64,000 nucleotides of DNA from Eledone cirrhosa (lineage: Eukaryota), in assembly GCA_964016885.1 (NCBI GenBank), contig OZ024742.1, forward strand, positions 353,028,001-353,092,000, given 5' to 3'. Each line of letters begins with the position of its first letter. Within the stretch, counting starts at the first letter, position 1. The position numbers and the translations under genes were made by a program. Under the pieces are notes generated by a model that worked only from the letters and a program-made list of their open reading frames with translations, searched no databases and was not told the DNA's origin. Of this stretch, positions 28,577-50,136 are shown one piece after another.

Positions 28577-28583
<7 letters not shown>

Positions 28584-29645
28584 TTAGCGAGAATCGAATT
28601 TCAGCTCAGGAATTAACGAAAATCACTTTCGAGTCGTGTAGCAAGCGCTCGATAATTCATATGAATTAGAGCTTACAACTTACGTTAAATGCGAAACACA
28701 CTGAGATGGTGGTTAAACTAATCATCCACACAGCGAAAATTCGATCGCCTATTTCGTGTCAAACAGATATACAAATATAAAATATATAAAATATAAATGT
28801 TTGAAGGCTTACCCAGACACCTGGAAAGATGGTAAAATCCAGTATTTGGACTTCTGCGGCTCCATAAGTCATTTACAGTCCACTTAGATAAAGGGTGTTA
28901 GGCTTCTGGTACTATGACTGAACTGGGAGTACGCGTTGTCAACGGGATTCAGTTCGAATGTCCACATCGATGGGTCTGTAACGGAACCCACGTGGGGTTC
29001 AGCAAGGGAGGCAATACCTATATTAGGCGAATGAATTCAGTTGTTTATAATATTGCGAAAATGCAAAATATCACAAATCGAATAAAGCTCTCGACAGAGT
29101 GGTTAAATATAACAAAACTATTCCACAGTCAATAGAATAAACCAAAAACATTCGATAAAATTAACTGGTCAATAGGTGGACGCTGGAGATTAATACAAGT
29201 AAAAATTAGCGAGAATCGAATTTCAGCTCTCGACAGAGTGGTTAAATATAATAAAACTATTCAACAGTCAATAGAATAAACCAAAAACAATCGATAAAAT
29301 TAACTGGTCAATAGTTGGACTCTGGACATTAATACAAGTAAAAATTAACGAGAATCGAATTTCAGCTCAGGAATTAACGAAAATCACTTTCGAGTTGTGT
29401 AGCAAGCGCTCGATAATTCATATGAATTAGAGCTTACAACTTACGTTAAATGCCAAACACACTGAGATGGTGGTTAAACTAACCATCCACACAGCTAAAA
29501 TTAGATCACCTATTTCATGTCAAACAGATATACAAATAGAAAAATATATAAACATATAAATGGTTGAAAGCTTACCCGGACCCCTAGAAAGATGGTAAAA
29601 TCCAGTATTTGGGTTTCTCCGGCTCCATAAGTCATATTCTGTGCA

Positions 29646-29648
<3 letters not shown>
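28577..29648. repeat. ORF-less partial tandem element between (TA)n tracts (about 620-bp monomer plus 139-bp internal duplication)
   Basis: 28580-28887 is repeated at 29341-29648; 29089-29227 is duplicated at 29228-29366; long imperfect hairpin centred on aattcatatgaatt. Confidence 0.75.
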
Positions 29649-29685
<37 letters not shown>

Positions 29686-29692
<7 letters not shown>

Positions 29693-30240
29693 GTGATGTA
29701 TTTTTTACAAAATGAAAAATAAGCGAGGTGTCCTACACGTGTGAAAGTATAAAGAAAAAAATAGGAAATCGAAAATGCAAATGTAGTCTTACTTTTTTTA
29801 AATATATATATTTATTTGGTTTCTTTACCGGTTTCGCAGTTCATCTGCTTTTCAAAAGTAGAGTTGATATGGAGGGTCTGTGGTTTTTTTCCCATCTGGC
29901 TGGTCTCTGAATGTTACATGTTTTATATGGAGAAAGTGGCTCGAAATGCCAGGTTTTTCGAGAAGTAATTTGATTGGTTGGTCAATAATTATAATAAATT
30001 TCGCGCCAGTTCGCGTTGCAAAGTTCTTTAAACAAGGGTGTGTGGGGGGGGGGGGTTGTCACAGGTTATTTTTTCATATATGAGTGTTTGAATTTCATTT
30101 TACTTAAAAAAGCTGACAAAGGCTTGTTTTAAATAAACGTAATTTGATTGGTTATAAATGAAATTATGGCTGTCACGTGAATAAGTTTTCAATAAATTTT
30201 CGCGCCCTTATTTGGAAATCCATTCTGTAGCCTTTTTAGA
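29686..30240 (-). mobile_element. Neptune-like PLE 3'-end fragment (family C) with intact U3-A8 variant HHR
   Basis: Inverse homolog of about 7200-7848. Reverse strand 29859-29823 reads ctt-TTGAAAA-gcag-atgaa-ctgc-GAAA-ccgg-TA-aag. Confidence 0.8.
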
Positions 30241-30242
30241 GA

Positions 30243-30278
<36 letters not shown>

Positions 30279-30387
30279 ATATATATATATAGATATATAT
30301 GTGTGTGTGTATGTGTATATATATATAGATATATATGTGTGTGTGTATGTGTGTGTGTATATATGTGTATGTATGTGTATATATATG

Positions 30388-30418
<31 letters not shown>

Positions 30419-30519
30419 TTGCGAGCGAGTATGTATCTGTGTCTGTATATGGGCATGTAGGCAGGCGTCTGTGTATGTATATGTGTATAGTTTTTATTTA
30501 TATGTCCTCCTTAAGTAAG

Positions 30520-30995
30520 TCAGTGTGTGTGTGTATAGCGGGATTCTACACGTACGGATGTTGTTTTCTTTGGGATTGTGTGTGTTTCTGTGTGTATATG
30601 TATATATATGTGTGTGAGTGCGCGCGTGGACGAGTGAACTACCAAACCCAGCAGTAACTCATCGAAGTGTGGCAGAATGGTCAGCCGAATTGGCACATGT
30701 TGGTCAGATTTACGATGACGTAGAAAAGCAGCAGCCAATAACGTGACGCGCGAAGATGATGTTTTTTTACGACGACCCCCAAGTGAAAAAAATTGCTCCG
30801 AATTTTCAGAGTAACACAAGATCCATGCAATGATCGTGTCCCGAGCTGTCCGCCGGCGAAACAATTGTAACACACAACAAATTGATTTCTGATGCATCAA
30901 AGATTTTTCGTTTTATATTATACCATACTCTGCTCTGTAAGAGCATTCAGTGCTCAACCTGCATACGGCCTATGGAAGCATCTTAGCCAACATCA
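30520..30995 (+). mobile_element. PLE 3'-end fragment, family D (HHR core deleted)
   Basis: Inverse homolog of 16870-17400; keeps ggc-GAAA-caattg-TA-acac but lacks the CCGACGA segment. Confidence 0.7.
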
Positions 30996-30996
30996 G

Positions 30997-31038
<42 letters not shown>

Positions 31039-31054
31039 TTATATATATATATAT

Positions 31055-31216
31055 CTGTATTATTTTTGACCGTCGGTCAGTCAATGGCAACATTGAGAAC
31101 CGAGTAAGTTAGATCGCAGATATAAAAGACAGCGAGAAGCGAAAACCAACCAAACAGTGAGTGTGTTCTGTTATTAATTCTGGCAATATTTCGGAAATAT
31201 GACCCTCCCCAAATAT

Positions 31217-31268
<52 letters not shown>

Positions 31269-31580
31269 GGAAGCAGGAAAATGCTTATTGTGATCCAGTT
31301 CGTGGTTAAAAAATCCAGATTCATGGACGGTTTCAATTGGACGTGAACAACAAGTATCATTGAGTGGCTGCTATTTGCAGTATACCAATATAAGGTTGCA
31401 CTTACCAATGAAACGGTCGTAAACACCTGGATAAACTCCTTTTCTTAATGCTTACATGTGTTTTCTCTTTTATGCATATATATTAATTCTGGCAATATGA
31501 CCCACCCCAAGTATAACAATATTTGTTTCGACACACGATTTTATATAAAAAAAACTCGCAAAACTAATTCATCACCGCTA
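31055..31580 (+). mobile_element. Family B1 terminal fragments (31055-31221 and 31482-31580)
   Basis: Match 10643-10816 and the B1 tail; both end at (TA)n. Confidence 0.7.
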
Positions 31581-31599
31581 TATATATATATATATTACA

Positions 31600-31818
31600 G
31601 GAACGATCGACTTTCGTCAAATCGGACCGAGGGAACAATGTTTCCCTTGGTCTTTCCAATTGCTAATACTATCTATCGGTCGCAACTCCAGTTAGAAGGA
31701 ACAATGTGAAATAAAGTGTCTTGCTCAAGGACATAACGCATCTCCTGGTCCAGGAATCGAACTCACAACGTTACGATTGCGAATCCAATTCTCTAACCAC
31801 TCAGCCACACGCCTTCAC
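31600..31818 (-). mobile_element. Second tRNA-derived SINE family with CORE-like domain
   Basis: Reverse strand has A-box tggctgagtgg, B-box gttcgattcc, then tgtccttgagcaagacactt. Confidence 0.75.
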
Positions 31819-37371
<5,553 letters not shown>

Positions 37372-37391
37372 AACATATATATATATACATA

Positions 37392-37551
<160 letters not shown>

Positions 37552-37580
37552 AATATATATATATATACATGTATGTGTGA

Positions 37581-37614
<34 letters not shown>

Positions 37615-37629
37615 GTAAATATATATATA

Positions 37630-38453
37630 TTTATTAAAATAACAGATTAAAGTTTAAGCAAAGAATTGCTGCTTTCACCCTTAACGGGATCTTCTGAAAC
37701 TAACAAAGTCAATCTGTAAACGCAGAACTGGATATTTCAAAAAACGTTGCAACCGGAGGAAGACAGGAAGACGATACTTTGGTTCGTGGAAACGTTCGCT
37801 GGCAAAGAACGGCAAAAAACGAATAGGATACGTCATTAATAGGAGCGGTGAAAAACAATTACGCGCAAAGACAGAACCACGCTTATGGTATAAAAGATGT
37901 CGTAGACTAATGTTCTCTTAGGTGGTTCATAGAGACGTTCTCTGGAAATGAACGAAAAAAACGAAGATAATACGTTATATGTGGTGCGTGGAGAACAATA
38001 GCACGCAAAGACAAAACCACGTAAATGGTATAGCAGAAGTTGTAGACTAAAATTCTAACTAGGAGACTGAATGAATCTCCGCTGAACATTAGTCTACGGC
38101 CTCTTTTATACCATAAACGTGGTTCTGTCTTTGCGCGTAATTGTTTTTCACCGCTCCTATTAATGACGTATCTGATTCGTTTTTTCCCGTTCTTTGCCAG
38201 CGAACGTTTCCACGAACCAAAGTATCGTCTTCCTGTCTACCTCCGGTTGCAACGTTTTTTGAAATATCCAGTTCTGCGTTTACAGATGACTTTGTTAGGT
38301 TCAGAAGATCCCGTTAAGGGTGAAACCAGCGATTCTTTGCTTAAACTTTAATCTGTTATTTTAATAAATATTTGCTCTACGGTTCTTATATATTTGATAT
38401 ATATTTATCCTTATCCAGCCCTCTTTGGATTTTAGTCTTGAAATTTATTATTA

Positions 38454-38458
<5 letters not shown>
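37630..38458. mobile_element. ORF-less fold-back PLE end fragment, family H
   Basis: 37630-37915 is the inverse of 38084-38370; tail 38371-38458; divergent HHR-like CAGAAGA-tccc-gttaa-gggt-GAAA without a clean cleavage triplet. Confidence 0.78.
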
Positions 38459-38500
<42 letters not shown>

Positions 38501-38505
38501 TTATG

Positions 38506-38592
<87 letters not shown>

Positions 38593-39559
38593 CAAAATAT
38601 TAACGAATGAAAAATATTCTCATAACCAAAATATATATTTTATTATACATATTTCAAAGGTTATTACATATTTGTGAATTATTACTACTTTTTAAACGTT
38701 TTTTAGCACTTTTTTCCTAACAACTCAAAATGTATTTCTGTTGTAAATAACTATTTATCATAAATAAACATTGATATGCAGACGAAAGTAAACTAATTTA
38801 ACATTAGGTGCATATAATACAATATTTCCGATAGATAACGTATAACTCAATCCTTAAGACACCAATATTCTCGGCAGAATATCCTACCTTAGAATAATTC
38901 ATGTATTGATAGTAATAATAATTTTCATTATATCAAAGCTCCAGAAAAAACATTTTATTATCAAACCATCGGCAATAGTCTTAATTTTAAATTTCATCAA
39001 TTACGAATTAATTTTTGAAACAAAAAACAATTAAATCTTCTAGACAAATAAACTATCTTTATAAAATGTCTAAGTTGTCACGTATTTACATTTTACATTC
39101 ACATTATTTTTCTGCCATATTAGACATAATAAAATAGTAATCAACTTACGCCTATCACCATTTTAATAGGTTTTCAACTTACAACCAATATCTGACATTT
39201 TCTGAACGTTATAGGAGATTTCACTCTATATATTTATACGGTCATGTCAAATCAGACGTGTCCCCCGACATACACCCATACATAGACTATTGTTGTCTCA
39301 CGCAAATCAATGGCTTTTGCAATTTTCACCATCAATGATTTTAGATGAATTCAATTCATTTATAGAATAGTAAGTAGCAAATGATGTGTAAAATCTGCCA
39401 TTATTTTTAGTAAAGAAAATGAAATATAGATTTACATAGATATTGTAATTACCTTTTGTTATATTTTGCCAGAAGCGTCTATATCATACAAGGAAGATAT
39501 TTTCTCTTCTACATTATTAGGATTTCTGAAGAAATTGGCATACTGATCTATATAAAAAC

Positions 39560-39596
<37 letters not shown>

Positions 39597-39611
39597 ACAT
39601 ATATATATATA

Positions 39612-40530
39612 GAGAGAGATAATTAGTACATCTACCAACATATGCGTACATATGTACACTAATGCTAGCAAATATATAAGTTATGTCAAAGTACCTAGGT
39701 GGTTCAATGCAGTAGGATGCAGAATCTGCCACTGACCAGAGGCAGTGAACTTTTTCAGTGCTTGGAATTTAGTCCTCGCTAGCTTATTCCATCCACTGAA
39801 TTATTATGTTTATATGGGTTCCTAGTGTCCGCACATTGCCTGGGAACTTAGCTGAGAATAGACGCCCTGATGACGTAATGAATTCTCGATAGTTATATTG
39901 TGTAACTATATTTATCCCATTACAGAAACTAATTAGTTGGAGTGAACATTTTAGTAAGTTAATCTTGAATTTTTAAAATTTTCTTATTTTGCGTCTTTCA
40001 TATAATTGTTCTGCATCCCCCTGCATTGAACCACCTAGGTACTTTGACATAACTTATATATTTGCTAGCATTAGTGTACATCTGTACGCATACGTTGGTA
40101 GATGTACTAATTCTCTATATTTATCTCCAAATTATTTGTTGAGCAAACTTGCCAAATCTACTACTAATTCATTGTAGTAGTAGTAGGCTCTTGTCATAAT
40201 ACCACCCCACTTCTAACTGACAAACCTCAGTGTCACGTGATTGATTCTTTAGAATCTGCCACTGACCAGAGGCAGTGAACTTTTTCAGTGCTTGGTATTT
40301 AGTCCTCGCTAGCTTATTCCATCCACTGAATTATTATTTTTATATGGGTTCCTAGTGTCCGCGCATTGCCTGGGAACTTAGCTGAGAATAGACTTCCTGA
40401 TGACGTAATGAATTCTCGATAGTTATATTGTGTAACTATATTTATCCCATTACAGAAACTAATTAGTTGCAGTGAAAATTTTAGTAAGTTAATTTTTAAT
40501 TTAAAAAATATTCTTATTTTACGTCTTTCA
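39612..40530 (+). mobile_element. RZ-A retrozyme-like insertion 3
   Basis: Inverted arm 39612-39724, then 1.5 monomers (period 530); HHRs at 39862-39943 and 40392-40473; (TA)n flanks. Confidence 0.87.
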
Positions 40531-40589
40531 TATATATATATATGTGTGTGTGTGTATATATATGTGTGTGTTTATATATATATATATAC

Positions 40590-40650
<61 letters not shown>

Positions 40651-40654
<4 letters not shown>

Positions 40655-41313
40655 TGTGAAAAAATGGGGAGAAGAATACTGCATGGTTGCACATGGATAA
40701 CATGTTATAAAATGAGTCCCTCATCAGTGATTTACCAACGGTCACAGGTATTTTATTGCATTAAAAATCATATACCTCACGCTGGCGCAATAATAACTAA
40801 AATAACTTATTAGGACAATTAAAACGCGTAAAGCGGGGTGAGACAAGTAAACAACACAGAGGACAGCTAACCAAAGATAGGAAAGCCACAAGCTACACAG
40901 TTATTCTATCATTATAAGCTGGGTGAATATATGAGCGAGTAGAAAATAGACCTTTCGCGATGAATACAATGTATGAAAGAAGGAAAATCTCGTTAACATC
41001 GTGAACGGGGTGAAGTGAGAAGGGGAGAAACAGTGAGTGAGTGAGTAGAAGTGTGAGGAAGAGGTCAGTAGAGAGAATGTGTTAACTGACATGACAGAGG
41101 GGACGAAAGAAAGTAAGAGAAACAGATAGAACGAGGGAGCAGTAATAGAGAGAGAGAAAAACAGAATCGCAGTTTAGGTAAATATATGTGAAAAAATGGG
41201 GAGAAAAATACTGCATGGTTGCACATGGATAACATGTTATAAAATGAGTCCCTCATCTTTGATTTACAAACGGTCACAGGTATTTCATTGCATTAAAAAT
41301 CATATACCTCACG
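40651..41313. repeat. ORF-less partial tandem element (532-bp period) between (TA)n tracts
   Basis: 40651-40781 is repeated directly at 41183-41313; purine-rich interior; isolated CTGATGA on - near 40721 with no complete HHR. Confidence 0.7.
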
Positions 41314-41740
<427 letters not shown>

Positions 41741-41745
<5 letters not shown>

Positions 41746-42358
41746 TAAATAACAGATTAAAATTTAAGCAAATAATCGCTGCTTTCACACTTAACGGGAT
41801 CTTCTGAAACTAACAAAGTCAATCTGTAAACGCAGAACTGGATATTTCAAAAAACGTTGCAACCGGAGGAAGACAGGAAGACGATACTTTGGTTCGTGGA
41901 AACGTTCACTGGCAAAGAACGGGAAAAAACGAATATACGTCATTAATAGGAGCGGTGAAGCTGGAAGGAATTGCTCCTATTCCGAAATTTGATACTCCGA
42001 ATGAGTTCCAAGATATCATTTTCGAAGGGTAGCAATGGTGGGTTCCACGGGGGGTTATGATAGGTTTTAAATCCAAATTTATCCTGCTTGTTATCTGCTT
42101 TTCGCGGATTATCGAAATAAAAGGCACGCCAACGCAACCTTTTAATGAACGCGTCTGTTTTCTGTATCAGGAGTTTTAAGTATGTTTTCCTGCTTGGTAC
42201 GGGTATGTTCTTTGTAGAAATATTCAAATGTTGTTTCTGCATGATGAATATAAGTCAGTAGAGTGCTCAACCGAGGGAGCCAAATAGTAATAATAATAAA
42301 ATTGAAGACTCGAGCCCTCTTTGGATTTTAGTCTTCAATTTTATTATTATTACTATTT
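41741..42358 (-). mobile_element. Internally deleted Hydra-clade-like PLE (family H): 5' UTR and ORF start joined to the 3' end
   Basis: ORF 41943..42242(-) STKNIPVPS..YLKLLIQK..FIKRLRWRAFYF..FGFKT..FENDILELIRSIKFR resembles the N-terminus of this PLE group; fused at about 41958 to the family H end; short inverted arm 42311-42358. Confidence 0.8.
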
Positions 42359-42367
42359 ATATATATA

Positions 42368-42439
<72 letters not shown>

Positions 42440-42441
<2 letters not shown>

Positions 42442-42641
42442 AACGAGTAGAACCCCGACGGCAGAGCTCAAGCCGTTTCGACGGCTAATTCTGGACTCAT
42501 TTGGTCCAGAATTAGCCGTCGAAACGGCTTGAGCACAGCCGTCGGGGTCATATTCACTCCTATTACCTACTCTACTACCCTAAGTATTGAGTACGTTGGT
42601 GCGCTATGGTCCAGCTGGTTCCTTACCACATTTCCTTCGTT
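42440..42641. mobile_element. Family F mini fold-back
   Basis: 42440-42496 is the inverse of 42504-42561 around the loop tcatttg; 80-bp tail on the right. Confidence 0.82.
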
Positions 42642-42664
42642 ATATATATATATATATATATATA

Positions 42665-42761
42665 CGTTATTCCGGGTTGAATCGGAGGTAACCACAGTAA
42701 GTAAGGTACTCAATACATAGCAGAGTATAACAGTTTTAATGTAGAATCTCATCTATATTAA

Positions 42762-42765
<4 letters not shown>
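42665..42765. mobile_element. Family G mini fold-back
   Basis: Tail-extended terminus on the left (inverse of 8961-9037), short terminus ctatattaaaac|(TA)n on the right. Confidence 0.72.
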
Positions 42766-42858
<93 letters not shown>

Positions 42859-42872
42859 TATATATGTATGTG

Positions 42873-42950
<78 letters not shown>

Positions 42951-42976
42951 TATATATGTATGTGTATATTTATATA

Positions 42977-43044
<68 letters not shown>

Positions 43045-43056
43045 TATATATATATA

Positions 43057-43123
<67 letters not shown>

Positions 43124-43172
43124 GCATGGTATATATATATATATATATATTTATATATACATATATATATAT

Positions 43173-43280
43173 ATTGTTATACTTGGGGAGGGTCATATTT
43201 GTGTAATAATGCCAGAATTATCCCCAAGTATAACAACATTTGTTTCGACACACGATTTCATATAAAAAACCTCGCAAAAC
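43173..43280. mobile_element. Family B1 mini fold-back
   Basis: ttgttatacttgggga is inverted at tccccaagtataacaa, followed by the B1 tail. Confidence 0.75.
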
Positions 43281-43317
<37 letters not shown>

Positions 43318-43332
43318 GTATATGTGTATGTA

Positions 43333-43456
<124 letters not shown>

Positions 43457-43584
43457 AATATGATATGTATATAGATAGACAGATGTATACGCAGAAGTAT
43501 TTCTGTTTATGTTGAAGATCAATCGTTGTGTCTCTGACTCAATCTCAATTAGTTAACTGTTTAACATATATATCATATTTTGAG

Positions 43585-44092
43585 GGATTAGCAGTATCGG
43601 TAGATAGTCGGACACCATGCTTTGCAGCAAACCATTACGGCCCTTTATTGACTGAGTTCAAATCCCGCCGAGGTTAACTTTGCCTTTCATCATTGCGGCG
43701 TCGATAAAATAATGTACCAGTAATGCACTGGGTATTTGCTGACCTTGTGCCAAAAGTAAAAACAATTATAATTCCCTCGCTGTTTATGAATATGTAATAT
43801 TATCTCTATAAATCCCCTTCTACATATATTGGTGTCTCCTGTGCTGTAAATTGTTACGAGCCACTTGTGTCGAGGCATTATATTAAAGCGAAACTTTAAA
43901 CAGGGCGGTAAATTGGCCGTTTCAGTAAAGGGTCGACGCCCAGCTTTCCATCATAGTTATGTCCTTTTACGGTCTGAGTTCAAATCCTGCCTAAGTTTAA
44001 TTTGCCTTTCATCCTTACGTGGTCGATAATATAAGTACCAGTAATGCACTGCGTAATCGTTGGTCTGACGCCAAAAGTGAAAACAACTATAT
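43585..44092 (+). mobile_element. Two copies of the major tRNA-derived SINE (43585-43770 and 43902-44088)
   Basis: Family body ctgagttcaaatcc..tttgcctttcatc..gtcgataa..gtaccagtaatgcactg; second copy flanked by the direct repeat tattaaagcgaaact. Confidence 0.85.
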
Positions 44093-44611
44093 TAAAGCGA
44101 AACTCATAGATTTATTATACTCATTATTATTTCTATTTCTTTGACCGACTAAATATACATCATTAAATCGATCCGGCTTTTCTGTATGTGAATATGGGGT
44201 TGATTTTGTGTGTTATCTATGGGGATTCTGTATTAAGAATAGAGTCATTCATGTTTAACTATTTCGACATGAGAGGCTGTATTTCTACACATATTGAAAA
44301 CACGAAACTCAAGAAAACCAAGAAAACACAAGGGTAGAGAGGATATAGAAGTATATATAATATTACCATAATGCTTTAATATTTGTAATCTTTATATAAT
44401 GGGCAGTTAACATTATATGACATGTTTTCACTATTGCATAAGTGAAATAGTTGGTTCTTTTACTAAATTATTTGCAGTGAAACGACCATCTTATTATGGG
44501 TTAAAATGTTAATACCTAGATAGGGATATGTATGTAATATACTCAATAAAAAAATATTATATGAGAAAATTCGATTTTTTTTTAATGAAATAAAAATAAA
44601 AAAAATAAAAA

Positions 44612-44781
44612 ACAAGATATGCTACGCGAGTGAAAGTATAAGGAAATGAACTGGAGACATTTTAAGAATATCTATTTGTTCTCTTTACCTGTTTCACACT
44701 TCTTATGCTTTTCAAAAGTAGAATTGTGATGGAGGGTTTATAGTTTTTCACGCTTCAGAAAAAAACACAAACCCTCCATCT
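44612..44781. mobile_element. Decayed family C mini fold-back
   Basis: Homologous to 47570-47785; gatggagggttt is inverted at aaaccctccatc. Confidence 0.6.
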
Positions 44782-44820
44782 ATATATATATTACAATAAA
44801 TGTAATCTGAGATTTTAGAA

Positions 44821-45171
44821 TATTAATAATAACATTCGATTCGTTTGCAATCATGCAAAATAGCCTCAATTTTATAGCCAAGTCAGTAGAATGATCAGTG
44901 CATCTGTTAATATGAGAACTGACTGATCAGCCAGTATGCTAAGAGGCAAATCAGATCCATCAGTCACTGTATGTTTGAAAATAGCATATGTTTTCACTAG
45001 CTCGGACAGTGTCTGCAGTTCTGTTTGCATGCCAACACAAAAGCGAAAATGAAGTGTCCATTCTACTGACATGTCTATAATATTGAGGCCTGATTGCATA
45101 ATTACAAAAGAATCGAATGTTATTATTAATATACGAAAAGTTTGAGCTCTGACGCCAGGGTCAAATATTTT
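44821..45171. repeat. Old fold-back element with about 73-bp inverted arms between TA tracts
   Basis: 44821-44893 is the imperfect inverse of 45059-45131; 40-bp extension on the right. Confidence 0.6.
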
Positions 45172-45175
45172 CATA

Positions 45176-45219
<44 letters not shown>

Positions 45220-45232
45220 CATGTGTGTGTGT

Positions 45233-47496
<2,264 letters not shown>

Positions 47497-47528
47497 TATA
47501 TATATATATATGTATATATATATAGATA

Positions 47529-47903
47529 TATTAGAAAGTGAGGTTGTTTTACAAAATGAAAAATAACCGAGGTGTCCTACACGAGTGAAAGTATAAAGAA
47601 AAAAAGATGAAATCGAAAATGCAACTGGAGTCTTATTTTTAAAAAAATATATATATTCATTTGGTTCCTTTACCGGTTTCGCAGTTCTTCTGCTTTTCAA
47701 AGGTAGAGTTGAGATGGAGGGTCTGTGGTTTTTCTCACATCTGAGAAAAACCACAGACGTGAGAAAAACCACAGACCCTCCATCTCAACTCTACTTTTGA
47801 AAATCAGAAGAACTACGAAACTGGTAAAGGAACCAAATAAATATATATATATGTATTTTTTTTAAATAAGACTCCACTTGCATTTTCGATTTCATCTTTT
47901 TTT

Positions 47904-47909
<6 letters not shown>
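47529..47909. mobile_element. Family C fold-back with U3-A8 variant HHRs
   Basis: 47592-47738 is inverted at 47759-47909; tail of about 65 bp on the left; the apex carries a duplicated tgagaaaaaccacagac. Confidence 0.85.
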
Positions 47910-47945
<36 letters not shown>

Positions 47946-48060
47946 GTATCATATGTTAATGCATTTATCGTATGAGAATTCATTTGATAGCTTTTAATTA
48001 CTAATGCTATGCTTACAAATTGCGAAGCTAATCATCAATTAGATGTTAATTTGAAAGTAT

Positions 48061-48115
<55 letters not shown>

Positions 48116-48875
48116 AAAGAAATCTCATGAATCAACCTGAAGAAGGCCCATTATTGTTTATGCACTAACAATGGAATAATATTATATTTATAATATCCGG
48201 GTTGAAATACATCTAGACAGTGGAAGAATGTTAATATGTTTATAATGCGTTGAAAGGTTTCTATTTTTAAATCATTCTTCCTAATTATACATACACACAC
48301 ACAGACACACAGACACACACAGTCACATAAACATATACCCACACAGTAACATGCATACACAACAAATCATCTTATGCGGAATAATGTTAAAACTTCAACT
48401 CTCGACTTGAACATGATGTAGTTAATTAGATGCTAGACTTTGTATCCAGTGCACATGATGACTAGATAGTAAATTTCTAAACTACATTTGACTTCAAGGA
48501 ACAACTAAATTCCACTTCACATTTTCTTGGCAGAAAGTATGTATGTCCCTTTAATATGTGCTTATATAACAACACTTAATTATAATACTAAAAAAACATA
48601 ACACGGCCTATAACCTGATAATACACGAGACATACACTTGGGCGATTTTAATGCAAACTATTAAAGAAAAAAAAAAAGAAACATTGCCTTTTACGTTTTG
48701 TTGAGATAATACTTTGGTGAATTGACATTAATGTTATCAGTCGTCTTTCTCGGTCATTGAAATTGGGTTTCACTAAATCCAGCACAATCATCAGGAATAT
48801 ATATGTATTTTTATGTGTGAGCGGCTGTATGTATGTTCATTCAGTCATGCGTTTGAGAGTTTTTGCAATGATAAT

Positions 48876-49060
48876 TGTTTCTACTTTTGGCACAAGGCCA
48901 GCCATTTTTACCAGTATATTACTGGTACTTTATTTGATCGACGCCGTAAGGATGAAAGGCAAAGTTAACCTCGGCGGGATTTGAACTCAGATCATAAAAG
49001 GCCGTTACTCTTTGATGCAAAGCATGGCGTCCGACCCTCTACCGATACTGCCAATCCACT
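48876..49060 (-). mobile_element. Major tRNA-derived SINE with 17-bp TSD
   Basis: Inverse of the 20884 family; TSD gtttttgcaatgataat at 48859-48875 and 49061-49077. Confidence 0.9.
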
Positions 49061-50136
49061 GTTTTTGCAATGATAATGTCAACTATTTAGTTTCAGAAGT
49101 ATGATTAACATTGACAACTGAAAACCGCTACGATCACATATTGCATCCTATACGATAAAAGAGTTGGGCGAATTTATATCGCCGCTTGAAGCACTTTTCG
49201 TAATATAGAACACCACAGTTGTACTAATATTGAAGATAAATAGAATTCAAGCATATTTCAGAAAATTACAAAAACTGATGAAATATATGGGAGGGTCTAT
49301 GTTAAAAACTATATTACCTCCCGCTTCACATTTATTTCCATATTCAGAATAACTCAAGTGATATTGTTTGCGGAAGTTTGAAATTTTCCATAGTCGTATA
49401 ACCTGAAGAATGTTACTATTTTGAGTTCGGTTAGTATTATAAAGAACTGTTGGAAAAATATATTATTGCTCTGAGTATTAGGTTTAGTTTCATTTCAAAA
49501 TCTGAGACAAATATGGTTGAAGTGTGAAGTAATATGAGTGAATCCATGGATAAGTTTCGATCATGCTGACGTTAATATTTGTGGTGATGTCAGGTTATTG
49601 TATATGACAAGTGCAGTTAATAAAGTGCACCAATATATATTTCGTAAAGTGTAGTCGGAAGAATACTTCTAAAGATCGGAAAATACGTATATTATAAAGT
49701 AATATAATGCAATGTTGAATAATGCAGTAAAACAGAATAAATATGTTACTAAACTTCAATCAAACAAAAATATTTTAAACAGGTCGATAGTTTACAAATA
49801 TTTACGTTTTAGTTTTAGAGAAATCTGAGAATGTTTATATTAGCCCATCGTAAAATAAATATTGCAAGCATCAAACATGGTTATTAATCTCTTAAAATAA
49901 TTTTTAGGAAAATGGTTGATGAATGAGAAAATATTTTTAAATTTACTAAAACAAATACTTCTATACTGGTGCTTACGTAACAAAACCATCAGTATACTCT
50001 AGCAAATCAGATGAATAATATTTTAACATACATAAATACATACATACATACATACATAGATACATACATACATACATACATACATACATACATACATACA
50101 TACATACATACATACATACATACATACATACATACA

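Noticed and set aside
31740-31815. tRNA gene
   Set aside because: A and B boxes are present but there is no closed cloverleaf, and the sequence continues into a SINE core.
49972-50026. Short minus-strand exon ending at GTAAG
   Set aside because: Only about 17 codons next to a microsatellite, with no acceptor; indistinguishable from chance.
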